A stretch of DNA of 64,000 bases, taken from contig JBAYFP010000001.1 in NCBI GenBank assembly GCA_041667145.1, forward strand, positions 17,958 through 81,957, read 5' to 3'. This DNA is from Minisyncoccota bacterium (GTDB lineage Bacteria > Patescibacteriota > Minisyncoccia > Phycocordibacterales > UBA9973). The notes beneath the pieces are model-generated. The model did no database searches, was not told the DNA's origin, and saw only the letters and a program-made list of their open reading frames with translations. Every line of letters begins with the position of its first letter. The first letter of the stretch is position 1. This document shows positions 34,888 through 44,927 of the stretch, piece by piece. The position numbers and the translations under genes were made by a program.

Positions 34888-36001
34888 GAAAAAAATAATC
34901 AAAAAGCTTTTAATCTTAGCAATATTTTTGGGAATATTTGTTTTTTCCCCGTTTTTTGCAGAAGCTGCGACTCTATCTTTGAGTCCTTCGACTGGTATTT
35001 TTGAAACGGGTGAAAGAGTGGCTGTCAAAGTATTGGTGACATCAAACAATGTTCCTTTTAATGCAGTTTCGGGGATACTTTCTTTTCCATCTATTTTTTC
35101 TGTAGAATCTGTTTCGAAAACAAATTCAGCTCTTAACTTTTGGGTGACAGAGCCGACTATCAGTGGAGGGTCAGTAAAATTTGAAGGTATCGCTTTAGGT
35201 GGTTTTACTGGTTCTACAGGTAATGTCGTTACAATAAATCTTCGTGCGACAAAAGTAGGTGAAGGACAGGTATCTTTTAAATCTGGACAAATACTAGCTA
35301 ACGATGGAGACGGTACAGATATTACAGGTAATCTAATAGGTGCAAATTATTCTATAAAAGAAGCGACACAAAAAGCTCCACAGCCTAAACCAGAACCTAT
35401 ACCAACGCCTGAACCAGAACCAGTAGCCCCAGAAATAATCCAACCAGCTCCTTCTCTTAAAGCTCCAGAGATTATGCTTGGTGCTAAATATGGTTCACCA
35501 GCTATCATCGGAACATCTGAATATCCTGAAGCTCAAGTTTTAATGACATTCATTGCTGAGGATGGAGTAAAAGTATTCATACTAGGTGATGCAGATGTAG
35601 AAGGTAGCTTTAATATGCTGGTTCCAAATTCGTTGAAACATGGTTTATATACTGTGACAGCTGTGATGATAAAGACAGATAAGACAAATAGTCAAACTTC
35701 AAATGAAATAGTTATAAAAGTTGGTAATATTTTTTCTGATATTGGCTATGAGATATATTGGCTCATTTTGATCCTTATCCTTTTGATTTTGTATCTCGTA
35801 GCACGTATTATTTTCCATTTTAAAGACAAAAGTATAAATAAAAACTTAAAGAAAGAATTACATGAAGCTGAAGATATAATTCATAAGTCTTTTGATATTC
35901 TTCGTGAGGATGAGGTAGAGCATAAGAGTGTATCTGAGATAAAGAAAGATATTAATGAAGCGGAAAAAATAATAACTAAGGAAATTAAAGATATTGAATA
36001 G
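34865..36001 (+). CDS. membrane-anchored cohesin-domain scaffold-like protein with Pro-rich linker
   Basis: signal peptide, cohesin-like domain (GERVAVKVLVTSNNVPFNAVSGILSFPSIFSVESV), PQPKPEPIPTPEPEP linker, C-terminal TM + charged tail. Confidence 0.45.
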   Translation: MDQIYYAKKKIIKKLLILAIFLGIFVFSPFFAEAATLSLSPSTGIFETGERVAVKVLVTSNNVPFNAVSGILSFPSIFSVESVSKTNSALNFWVTEPTISGGSVKFEGIALGGFTGSTGNVVTINLRATKVGEGQVSFKSGQILANDGDGTDITGNLIGANYSIKEATQKAPQPKPEPIPTPEPEPVAPEIIQPAPSLKAPEIMLGAKYGSPAIIGTSEYPEAQVLMTFIAEDGVKVFILGDADVEGSFNMLVPNSLKHGLYTVTAVMIKTDKTNSQTSNEIVIKVGNIFSDIGYEIYWLILILILLILYLVARIIFHFKDKSINKNLKKELHEAEDIIHKSFDILREDEVEHKSVSEIKKDINEAEKIITKEIKDIE

Positions 36002-36048
36002 AGATAAATTTAGTTTCTTTTTTGTCTTTATTTTGTTAACATAAATTT

Positions 36049-37035
36049 ATGCTAAGTATTGGAATCGTGGGGTTGCCTAATGTCGGGAAATCGACGCTTT
36101 TTAATGCGCTTACAAAGAAAAGCGTGCCAGCGGAGAATTATCCTTTTTGTACTATAGATCCATCTGTGGGCATTGTTCCTGTGCCAGATGAAAGAGTACA
36201 GAAACTATCTGAATTTTCTAAATCTAAAAAAACTATCCCCGCAGTGATCGAGTTTGTGGATATCGCAGGGCTTGTGGCTGGAGCTTCCAAGGGTGAAGGT
36301 TTGGGAAATAAATTTTTAACAAATATTCGTGAGGTAGATGCTATAGCACATGTCGTGCGTGTTTTTCAGGATAATTCTGTGATTCACGTTGCTAATAAAG
36401 TTGACCCAATGCAAGATGTAGGAGTTATTAATTTAGAATTAGCTTTGGCTGACTTTGAAACAGTACAAAAAAGAATTTCTAGTATTCAAAAAGATGTCAA
36501 AAAAAATGATAAAGATGCGCTAAGTGAAGAAATTGTTTTAAAAAAAGTAGAGAAAGTGTTGGAAGAAGGGAAAATGGCGACTGACGCAAAATTGAGCGAA
36601 GATGAAAAGTTTAAAATAAAATCATTAAATTTGCTTACATTAAAACCAATGCTTTATGTTTTGAATACTTCAGAAGCGAGTGAGAACGTTGATATAAAAT
36701 TATCCGGGATGTCTGTAAAAGTCGATCCAGTTTTTGGACAAGGTTTTGATGAATTAATTAAGAAAAGTTATGAACTTTTAGGTCTTGAGACGTTTTTAAC
36801 AACAGGAGAAGACGAGACACGTGCTTGGACTATAAAGATAGGATCTACTGCACCTCTCGCAGGGATGGCCATTCATACAGATTTTAAAGAGAAATTTATT
36901 CGTGCAGAGGTGATAAGATGGGATAAATTATTAGAAGCTGGTTCACATTCTAAGGCTAAAGAAAAGGGATGGGTGAGAACAGAGGGTAAAGACTATATTG
37001 TTCAGGATGGAGATGTTATAGAATTCTTGATTTAA
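36049..37035 (+). CDS. ychF: ribosome-binding ATPase YchF (Obg-like)
   Basis: GIVGLPNVGKSTLFNALT P-loop; C-terminal TGS-like EGKDYIVQDGDVIEF. Confidence 0.8.
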   Translation: MLSIGIVGLPNVGKSTLFNALTKKSVPAENYPFCTIDPSVGIVPVPDERVQKLSEFSKSKKTIPAVIEFVDIAGLVAGASKGEGLGNKFLTNIREVDAIAHVVRVFQDNSVIHVANKVDPMQDVGVINLELALADFETVQKRISSIQKDVKKNDKDALSEEIVLKKVEKVLEEGKMATDAKLSEDEKFKIKSLNLLTLKPMLYVLNTSEASENVDIKLSGMSVKVDPVFGQGFDELIKKSYELLGLETFLTTGEDETRAWTIKIGSTAPLAGMAIHTDFKEKFIRAEVIRWDKLLEAGSHSKAKEKGWVRTEGKDYIVQDGDVIEFLI

Positions 37036-37043
37036 AAAATAAA

Positions 37044-38000
37044 ATGAAAAATGAAATTAAAATTTTTTGTGTAAAAGATTGGAAAGACTATGAGCTTTTA
37101 GATACTGGTGAAGGGGAAAAATTGGAAAGATTTGGTCCGTATACTTTTGTGCGTCCATATGAGGATGCTGTTTGGCTGAAAACTTTAGAAAACAAAGAAT
37201 GGGCGAAAGCTGATGGTAAATTTTGGAGTTCAAAAGTTGGTGCAAAGCCTGGATGGAAGATGAATAATAAAATTGAGAAGAAATGGGAGATGGAATATAA
37301 AGGGGTTAAATTTTTTGCTTCTCCTACATCTTTTAGACATTTAAGTTTCTTTCCTGAACAGGCGTATCATTGGGATTCTATATATGAAAAGATTACTTCA
37401 CAGAATGAGACTTTTTCTCGGGTCCTCGAGGCAGAGCCCCAGACCAGCTCAAAAAAGTCTCATTCTGTTTCGTTAGATTTAAAAAAAATAAAATTTCTGA
37501 ATCTTTTTGGTTACACTGGGGTCGCTAGTTTGTTTGCTTTGAAGGCTGGGGCAGAAGTGACGCATGTCGATGCTTCAAAATCTTCTATTGAACAGGCAAA
37601 AGAAAATCAGAAAATAAATATTGAATTGGCTGAAGCGCCTATGCGGGCTATTTGTGATGATGTACTTAAGTTTTTAGAAAGGGAAGTAAAGAGAGGAAAT
37701 AAATATGATGCTGTTGTTATGGATCCACCTAAATTTGGTCGCGGGCCTAAAGGAGAAATTTGGGAAATTGAAAAAGATTTACCGAAACTTCTTTCGTTGG
37801 TTCGTAAAATTTTGAGTGATAAACCACTTTTTGTTATTTTGAATTCTTATGCCATAGATTCATCCTCGCTTTCTTTAGGTTATGCCCTAGAGGATGCCAT
37901 GAAGGTTTTAGATGGCGAAGTTTCTGTTGGTGAGCTTTGCCTCTTAGAAAAATCTAATAATAGAACTATTTCTCTTTCAAATACTGCTATTTGGTGCTAA
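37044..38000 (+). CDS. class I SAM-dependent methyltransferase (RlmI/YccW-like)
   Basis: FGYTGVASL (motif I), VVMDPPKF (DPPxF motif IV). Confidence 0.5.
   Translation: MKNEIKIFCVKDWKDYELLDTGEGEKLERFGPYTFVRPYEDAVWLKTLENKEWAKADGKFWSSKVGAKPGWKMNNKIEKKWEMEYKGVKFFASPTSFRHLSFFPEQAYHWDSIYEKITSQNETFSRVLEAEPQTSSKKSHSVSLDLKKIKFLNLFGYTGVASLFALKAGAEVTHVDASKSSIEQAKENQKINIELAEAPMRAICDDVLKFLEREVKRGNKYDAVVMDPPKFGRGPKGEIWEIEKDLPKLLSLVRKILSDKPLFVILNSYAIDSSSLSLGYALEDAMKVLDGEVSVGELCLLEKSNNRTISLSNTAIWC
37428..37459. repeat. GC-rich element (family E: GGTCCTCGAG..CCCAGACCA) inside the MTase CDS
   Basis: CGGGTCCTCGAGGCAGAGCCCCAGACCAGCTC; cf. 40438-40467 and 60754-60798. Confidence 0.45.
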
Positions 38001-38011
38001 AATAAAAGACT

Positions 38012-38587
38012 ATGGAAACAAAACCAAAGGTTTTAAAGTGGGCGCTTATTATAGGTATTGTAGTGGTGTTAAATTTATTTTTTAATTATACTATTTCTCT
38101 TTTTTATAAAGAGCCAGATTATAATACTTTTTTCCCACAGCAACAAGTCGTGGAGCCGATAACTAATAAAGATGCATGTCTCAAAGTCGGTGGGCAGTGG
38201 ATTGAAAGCCCTGTATATAAAGATGGGAAGACTGTTCCAGTTCCAGCAGGTTCTCCACAAGTGATGAGTTATTGTAATCCTGATTTTACCAAACAGCAGG
38301 AATTTAGTGATGCGCAAAAGGTTTACCAAAGAAACATTTTTATAATACTTGTCGTACTTGGTGTCCTATCTCTCGTTTTAGGTGTGTTTCTTGCCAATGA
38401 AATTATTACCTTAGGTCTTTCATGGGGTGGAGTTCTTTCACTTGTCATTGCTTCAATGCGATATTGGTCAACTGCAGACAATCTTATAAAAGTTCTGATA
38501 TTAGGATTTGCATTAGCTGCACTTGTTTGGTTGGCTGTCAGAAAGTTTGGGAAAAATATTAGTTCTGATGAAAAATTACAACCATAA
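38012..38587 (+). CDS. hypothetical membrane protein
   Basis: N- and C-terminal TM helices. Confidence 0.4.
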   Translation: METKPKVLKWALIIGIVVVLNLFFNYTISLFYKEPDYNTFFPQQQVVEPITNKDACLKVGGQWIESPVYKDGKTVPVPAGSPQVMSYCNPDFTKQQEFSDAQKVYQRNIFIILVVLGVLSLVLGVFLANEIITLGLSWGGVLSLVIASMRYWSTADNLIKVLILGFALAALVWLAVRKFGKNISSDEKLQP

Positions 38588-40946
38588 AACAATTGAATTA
38601 AAAATCCAGAGGGAATGGGAAAAGAAAAAAATTTATTCTGTCTCTGAAAAATCTAAAAAACTAAAATTTTATGGTTTGGTTGAATTTCCATATCCTTCAG
38701 GAGAGGGTTTGCATATTGGGCACCCTCGTTCGTACACAGCAATGGATATTATTGCACGTAAACGAAGAATGGAAGGGATGAATGTTTTGTATTCAATCGG
38801 CTGGGATGCTTTTGGATTGCCTACAGAAAATTATGCTATTAAGACTGGAATTCAGCCGGCGATTGTTACAAAGAAAAATACAGATACATTTCGCAAACAA
38901 TTAAAAAGTTTGGGATTTTCATTTGATTGGTCTAGGGAAATAAATACAACTGATCCGAAATATTATAAATGGACACAGTGGATTTTCTTACAGTTTTTCA
39001 AAAAGGGCTTAGCATATAAAGCAAAATCTTACATAAATTGGTGTCCGAAAGATAAAATAGGATTAGCTAATGAAGAGGCTGTGGGTGGTATTTGTGATCG
39101 TTGTGGAAGTGCTACAGAAAAGCGTGAAAAAGAACAGTGGATGCTTGCTATCACAAAGTATGCAGATAGACTCGATAAAGATTTAGATTTAGTTGATTAT
39201 CCTGAGCGAGTAAAAATACAACAAAAAAATTGGATAGGGAAAAGTGAAGGAAGTGAGATTTTATTTAAAATTCCTCTTAGCTCTTTTTTTGTAAAAGTAT
39301 TTACTACTAGGCCTGATACACTTTTTGGTGTTACGTATGTTGTGCTTGCGCCAGAGCATCAATTAGTTGCAAAACTTTTTGATCAAATCGAAAATAAAAA
39401 GGAAGTTCAAAAATTTATTGAGGATACTAAAAAGAAAACTGAGTTAGAAAGGACAGCAGAGAACAAAAATAAAACGGGGATTGAATTAAAAGGTATTAAA
39501 GCTTTAAATCCTGCAAATAATGAAGAGGTGCCTGTCTGGATAGCTGATTATGTATTAGCAGATTATGGTACAGGGGCGGTAATGGCTGTACCACAACATG
39601 ACGCACGAGATAGAGAATTTGCAGAAAAATATAATTTACCGATAATAGATAAGCCTTTAGTTGATGCAAAAGAAATTACTAAAAAAGTCGGTGGGAAAAT
39701 TGTTACAAAATTTAAATTACGAGATTGGGTGTTTTCAAGGCAGAGGTATTGGGGTGAGCCGATACCGATAATAAATTGCGAAAAATGTGGCTCTGTGCCA
39801 GTGCCAGAAAAAGATTTACCTGTGAAATTACCAGAAGTGAAAAGTTATAAGCCAACGAATAATGGAGAGTCTCCACTTGCTAGTATTTTAAAATGGGTGA
39901 ATGTAAAATGTCCTAAATGTAAAGGTAAAGCAAAGAGGGAAACAGACACCATGCCTAATTGGGCAGGAAGCTCTTGGTATTATTTAAGATATACTGATCC
40001 TAAAAATAATAAGGTTTTTGCAGACCCTAAAAAAATGAAATATTGGCTTGGGAACAAATCGGGGCAGGGCGGTGTAGATTGGTATAACGGAGGAATGGAA
40101 CACACTACTCTTCATTTATTGTATTCTCGTTTTTGGCATAAATTTTTGTATGATTTAAAACTTGTGCCGACTATTGAGCCGTATCAAAAAAGGACTTCAC
40201 ATGGGATGATTTTGGGTGAAGGGGGAGTAAAAATGTCTAAATCTTTAGGCAATGTGGTAAATCCAGATGATATTGTGAAAACTTACGGTGCGGATACTTT
40301 ACGAGTATATGAAATGTTTATTGGGCCTTTTGAAGAATCTGTAGCTTGGAGTACAGAAAGTATTATCGGTTCGAGAAGGTTTATAGAAAAAGTTTGGAGG
40401 TTGAGAAATAAAGCGGAAGAGAGTCCAAAGAATTTTTCAGGTCCTCGAGATAAATCCCAGACCATTCAAAATCCTTCGGCCTCTCTCCCGCTTCAAAAAC
40501 TTTTACATAAAACTATTAAAAAAGTGGGAGAAGATATAGAAAATATGCGTTTTAATACTGCTATTTCTGCAATGATGATACTTGCAACAGAGATGGAGAA
40601 AGTAGAAACTGTTGATGTAGAGGATTTTAAAAAGTTTTTACAAATTTTAGCTCCATTTGCTCCACATATTGTTGAAGAAATTTGGCAAAATTTAAGAGAA
40701 AAAAAATCTATTAGTTTTTCAGAATGGCCTAAATATGATGAAAATCTAATAAAAGATAAAGAAATAAAAATAGCCGTGCAAGTAAATGGTAAATTTAGAA
40801 CTGAGATTCTAATAGAGGTAGATGAGAAAGAAGAAATTGTAAAAAATAAAGCTTTGAAAAATGAAATAGTTTTGAAATATATGATGGGTGGATCTCCTAA
40901 AAAGGTGATTTATGTAAAAAATAGACTTATCAACATATTAACCTAG
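38568..40946 (+). CDS. leuS: leucyl-tRNA synthetase
   Basis: HIGH (HIGHPRSY) and KMSKS (VKMSKSLGNVV) motifs, CP1/zinc region; start moved to MKNYNHK. Confidence 0.85.
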   Translation: MKNYNHKTIELKIQREWEKKKIYSVSEKSKKLKFYGLVEFPYPSGEGLHIGHPRSYTAMDIIARKRRMEGMNVLYSIGWDAFGLPTENYAIKTGIQPAIVTKKNTDTFRKQLKSLGFSFDWSREINTTDPKYYKWTQWIFLQFFKKGLAYKAKSYINWCPKDKIGLANEEAVGGICDRCGSATEKREKEQWMLAITKYADRLDKDLDLVDYPERVKIQQKNWIGKSEGSEILFKIPLSSFFVKVFTTRPDTLFGVTYVVLAPEHQLVAKLFDQIENKKEVQKFIEDTKKKTELERTAENKNKTGIELKGIKALNPANNEEVPVWIADYVLADYGTGAVMAVPQHDARDREFAEKYNLPIIDKPLVDAKEITKKVGGKIVTKFKLRDWVFSRQRYWGEPIPIINCEKCGSVPVPEKDLPVKLPEVKSYKPTNNGESPLASILKWVNVKCPKCKGKAKRETDTMPNWAGSSWYYLRYTDPKNNKVFADPKKMKYWLGNKSGQGGVDWYNGGMEHTTLHLLYSRFWHKFLYDLKLVPTIEPYQKRTSHGMILGEGGVKMSKSLGNVVNPDDIVKTYGADTLRVYEMFIGPFEESVAWSTESIIGSRRFIEKVWRLRNKAEESPKNFSGPRDKSQTIQNPSASLPLQKLLHKTIKKVGEDIENMRFNTAISAMMILATEMEKVETVDVEDFKKFLQILAPFAPHIVEEIWQNLREKKSISFSEWPKYDENLIKDKEIKIAVQVNGKFRTEILIEVDEKEEIVKNKALKNEIVLKYMMGGSPKKVIYVKNRLINILT
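40438..40467. repeat. family E GC-rich element inside leuS
   Basis: CAGGTCCTCGAGATAAATCCCAGACCATTC. Confidence 0.45.
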
Positions 40947-41043
40947 CTAATATATTGTTAAATATATTAGGTTTGTAGTATGATATGGGTATCAATAAAG
41001 TCGTTGAAACTTTTATTAGTATTTTAATGTTAGTATAAAAAAT

Positions 41044-43122
41044 ATGTTATCAAATATTTTAGATAGAATCTCTTTTTGGTCACTTTTTGTGGTCGTTGTC
41101 CTGTTGCCAGTTTTTTTCTTACCATTTACTCAGATCCCCGTCGAGACATCGAAGGGTCTTATTTTAGTTATAGGTTTGGCAGTGTCTGTCATTTTCTGGA
41201 TAGCTGCTAGATTTTCAGATGGAAGGGTAGTTATCCCGAAGTCTCGCCTTTTACTTGCTGGGGTTGCTGTTTTATTAGTTACGCTTATTTCTGCTTTATT
41301 TTCTTCTACTTCGCAATTGTCTCTTTTTGGTATAATGCTTGATCTTGGGACTTTCTATTTCATATTGGCAGCCTTTCTTTTAATGTTCTTTGCATCTATG
41401 ATCTTGAAAGATACCAAAGATGCCAAGAAAGTTTTCTGGGGAGTGATAATTTCTTCAGCAGTTTTATTTGTATTTCAGATTTTTCACTTGTTTTTCCCTC
41501 AGTTTTTGTCTCTAGGAGTTTTAGGAAGTAAGACGGAGACCATCTTGGGTTCTTGGAATGCGTTTGGTTTGTTTGCTGGTTTCTCGGCTGTCATGTCTCT
41601 TTTTATTGTTGAATTTTTTTCAATTTCAAAAAATATTAAATGGTTCTTGGGTGTTTTGATTGCAATTTCTGTCCTATTGTCTGCTGCAGTCAACTTCCCA
41701 CTAGTTTGGGAGCTTCTCGGAGTTTTTGCTTTGATTATCTTTGTTTATAAGATTTCATATTCATTTGGTGAGAAACAAGAAGAAGGAAAGAAAAGAAATT
41801 TCCCAGCTTTTTCGTTTGCAGTTGTTATGATTTCCTTATTGTTCTTTATATCAGGTCAATTTATAGGAGGACTTTTACCAAATGCTCTTAATTTATCAAA
41901 CATTGAGATCAGGCCTTCTTTTAGTGCCACTATGTCAGTGACGAAAGATGCGATTATGAAAAATCCAGTTTTGGGAGTAGGTCCAAATAAATTTTCTGAA
42001 GTATGGGCAATGTATAAACCAGCTGTTATTAATTCTACTCAATTTTGGGATTCATCTTTTAATTTTGGTTCTGGCTTGTTGCCGACTTTTGCTTCTACGA
42101 CTGGTATTTTAGGTATATTAGCTTGGTTAGCATTCTTTGTTTTATTTATACTTGCAGGTGTCAAATCTCTTTTTTCTAGTATTAAGAATAATATGAGTTG
42201 GGAGGTGGTAGCATTCTTCGTAGCTTCATTATACTTGTTTGTTTCCTCTTTCTTTTATTCTACTGGATCAGTTTTGTTTTTATTGGCTTTTGCTTTCTTG
42301 GGAGCATTTATAGGGATATCTTCAAATAATTCTAACAAAGAAATTTCATTTTCATTTTTAGATGATCCTAGGAAAAGTTTTTTCTCGATATTATTTCTTG
42401 TGGTGTTGATGATCGTTTCTGCGGCTGCTGGATTTAAATATGTAGAGAGATTAGCTTCCGTATCATATTTAGGGGAGACACTTTCCACTTCGACAATTTC
42501 TGTCGCGGAAGATTCAATCACTAAAGCTATTTCTCTTAACCAAAATGATTTGTATTTGCGTACTTATGCTCAAGTTTATATTGCAAAAATTAATTCTTTA
42601 GTTGCTAAGGGTTCTTCTTTGACTGATGAAGAAAAAGCTAGTTTACAGACAAGTTTTGATCAAGCATTAAACGGTGCAAATCTAGCGATAGTTTATGATA
42701 AGACAAATTATTTAAATTATATTTCTTTAGGATCTGTATATAATACAGTCGGTGGACTCGGCGTGCAGGATGCTTACACAAAAGCTGTCGAAGCATATAA
42801 AACAGCTTCGATTCTTAATCCATTGAATCCGGGAATAAAACTTACAATAGCACGTATATTATTTACAGATGGAAAAATAAAAGAAGCTAGAGATTTTGCA
42901 AAAGAAGCTCTCTCCTTAAAACCCGATTATTTGGAAGCATTGATTACTATGTCTCAAATAGAAAAGAAAGATGGTAATAATACGATCGCTATTACTTATG
43001 CTGAGACAGCACTCTCTCTTGCCCCTACTAATAAGGATTTGATTCAATATGTTGCTTCATTAAAAAAGGGAGATACTACAGTTACACCACCAGCTACAAG
43101 TAATAATAAAAAAACACAATAA
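41044..43122 (+). CDS. polytopic membrane protein, O-antigen ligase (Wzy_C)-like with C-terminal TPR repeats
   Basis: more than 10 TM helices then TPR-like repeats (..AYTKAVEAYKTASILNP..). Confidence 0.4.
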   Translation: MLSNILDRISFWSLFVVVVLLPVFFLPFTQIPVETSKGLILVIGLAVSVIFWIAARFSDGRVVIPKSRLLLAGVAVLLVTLISALFSSTSQLSLFGIMLDLGTFYFILAAFLLMFFASMILKDTKDAKKVFWGVIISSAVLFVFQIFHLFFPQFLSLGVLGSKTETILGSWNAFGLFAGFSAVMSLFIVEFFSISKNIKWFLGVLIAISVLLSAAVNFPLVWELLGVFALIIFVYKISYSFGEKQEEGKKRNFPAFSFAVVMISLLFFISGQFIGGLLPNALNLSNIEIRPSFSATMSVTKDAIMKNPVLGVGPNKFSEVWAMYKPAVINSTQFWDSSFNFGSGLLPTFASTTGILGILAWLAFFVLFILAGVKSLFSSIKNNMSWEVVAFFVASLYLFVSSFFYSTGSVLFLLAFAFLGAFIGISSNNSNKEISFSFLDDPRKSFFSILFLVVLMIVSAAAGFKYVERLASVSYLGETLSTSTISVAEDSITKAISLNQNDLYLRTYAQVYIAKINSLVAKGSSLTDEEKASLQTSFDQALNGANLAIVYDKTNYLNYISLGSVYNTVGGLGVQDAYTKAVEAYKTASILNPLNPGIKLTIARILFTDGKIKEARDFAKEALSLKPDYLEALITMSQIEKKDGNNTIAITYAETALSLAPTNKDLIQYVASLKKGDTTVTPPATSNNKKTQ

Positions 43123-43134
43123 TAATTAATAAAA

Positions 43135-44829
43135 ATGCAGAGGATCTTGAAAATTTTCAGTAAGGAATATGGAAATATAAATCAAGCTGCTCTTCTTTTA
43201 GGCTGTTTTACTCTTCTTTCTCAAGTATTGGCACTTTTTCGTGATAGAAGTATTGCACATTTTATAGGTCCTGGATCTGAACTAGATGCCTATTATGCGG
43301 CTTTTAGAGTTCCAGATCTTATCTTTATCTCTATTGCTTCTCTTGCTTCTATCACTGTACTTATCCCATTCATAGTATCAAAAATGGATGGTGAAAAAGT
43401 TACTGGGGAGGCTCGTAAATTATTAAATGATGTTTTTACAGTTTTTTTAGTAGCTATGGTATTTGTTTCTTTTTTAGCTTTTATCTTGATGCCTTATTTG
43501 ACATCTTTTATCGCTCCAGGTTTTACACCAGTAATGCAAGCTAAGGTAGTTTTACTTTCACGGATAATGTTGCTCTCTCCGATACTGATGGGGCTTTCAA
43601 ATCTCTTTGGTACCGTCACTCAACTTTTTCGAAAGTTTTTTATTTATTCTTTGAGTCCAATATTTTATAATTTGGGTATTATCATTGGTGTAGTTTTTCT
43701 GTACCCAATTTTTGGAATTGTTGGAATGGTTTTAGGTGTGGTATTAGGTGCATTAATGCATTTTCTAATTCAAGTGTTTGCTTCTTTTGGATGTGGTTTT
43801 ACTTTGAGATTGTCTTTAGGTTATGGTGCAAGTGCTATTAATTTCAAGGAAATAAAATGTATAGCTTTTACGTCACTTCCTAGAACACTTGGTCTTTCTT
43901 TTAACAATATCGCTCTAATTTCAATAATTGCTTTTGCTTCTTATTTGGCAAGTGGTTCAATTTCAATTTTTAATCTCTCATTCAATCTACAATCTGTACC
44001 ACTTAACATAATTGGAGTATCTTATGCTGTCGCCGCTTTCCCAACCTTAGTAAAATCTTTTGGATATGAGAAAAAAGAAGAATTTAGAAATCACTTAAAA
44101 TCTACAGCTAGACAGATAGTATTTTGGTCTCTTCCGGTGATATTTCTTTTTATTGTGATTAGAGCACAGATCGTCCGTGTGGTATTAGGTTCTGGATCTT
44201 TTTCTTGGGAAAATACTCGTCTTGTTGCAGCATCTTTGGCTGTTTTTTCTATTTCGATTCTTGCTCAAGGTATGACTGCTCTTTTATCTAGAGCTTATTA
44301 TGCAGCGGGAGATACAAAACAACCCCTAACAGTAAATCTATCTTGTTCTATTTTGATTATAATTTTATCTTTTGTATTTTTGCATATTTTTGAAAACATT
44401 CCGATGTTTCGTTATTTTATTGAATCATTATTGAAAGTCACAGATATTCCTGGGACAGAAGTGTTAATGTTGCCACTTGCATATTCTACAGGCACTATCA
44501 TTAATGCGATTTTACATTGGTATTTTGTTAGAAGAGATTTTATGGAGCATGAGTCATTTATTACTAAAACTTTTTTTCAAAGTCTAGGTGCTTCATTCTC
44601 GCTTGGAGTAGTGGCTTATATAAGTTTAAATATTCTCTCTCCGATTTTTGGTACTACCACAGGCTGGGGAGTATTTTTGCAGGGATTTATTTCTGGAATT
44701 TTAGGTATTTGTGCTGGCTTTTTGGTATTGTATCTTTTAAAAAATGAGGAGCTTAAAGATCTTGTAAAAGTTCTTAAAACTAAATTTTGGCGTACAAAAG
44801 TTCTCATTTCTCCTCAAGAAGAACTCTAA
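43135..44829 (+). CDS. murJ: lipid II flippase MurJ/MviN
   Basis: N-terminal LALFRDRSIAHFIGPGSELDAYYAAFRVPDLIF pattern, 14-TM topology. Confidence 0.75.
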   Translation: MQRILKIFSKEYGNINQAALLLGCFTLLSQVLALFRDRSIAHFIGPGSELDAYYAAFRVPDLIFISIASLASITVLIPFIVSKMDGEKVTGEARKLLNDVFTVFLVAMVFVSFLAFILMPYLTSFIAPGFTPVMQAKVVLLSRIMLLSPILMGLSNLFGTVTQLFRKFFIYSLSPIFYNLGIIIGVVFLYPIFGIVGMVLGVVLGALMHFLIQVFASFGCGFTLRLSLGYGASAINFKEIKCIAFTSLPRTLGLSFNNIALISIIAFASYLASGSISIFNLSFNLQSVPLNIIGVSYAVAAFPTLVKSFGYEKKEEFRNHLKSTARQIVFWSLPVIFLFIVIRAQIVRVVLGSGSFSWENTRLVAASLAVFSISILAQGMTALLSRAYYAAGDTKQPLTVNLSCSILIIILSFVFLHIFENIPMFRYFIESLLKVTDIPGTEVLMLPLAYSTGTIINAILHWYFVRRDFMEHESFITKTFFQSLGASFSLGVVAYISLNILSPIFGTTTGWGVFLQGFISGILGICAGFLVLYLLKNEELKDLVKVLKTKFWRTKVLISPQEEL

Positions 44830-44880
44830 TTTTGGAATCAAAAGCTTTTCTGCTAATATGAATTTATGGATTTAAAACAC

Positions 44881-44916
44881 CCCGGTACTAGAGCAAAGCT
44901 TCAGTACGGGGCAGGC
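44881..44916 (+). promoter_or_regulatory. GTACT-family palindromic element (short-loop form) upstream of lepA
   Basis: CCCCGGTACTAGAGCAAAGCTTCAGTACGGGGCAGG. Confidence 0.55.
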
Positions 44917-44927
44917 ATTAGAAATTT

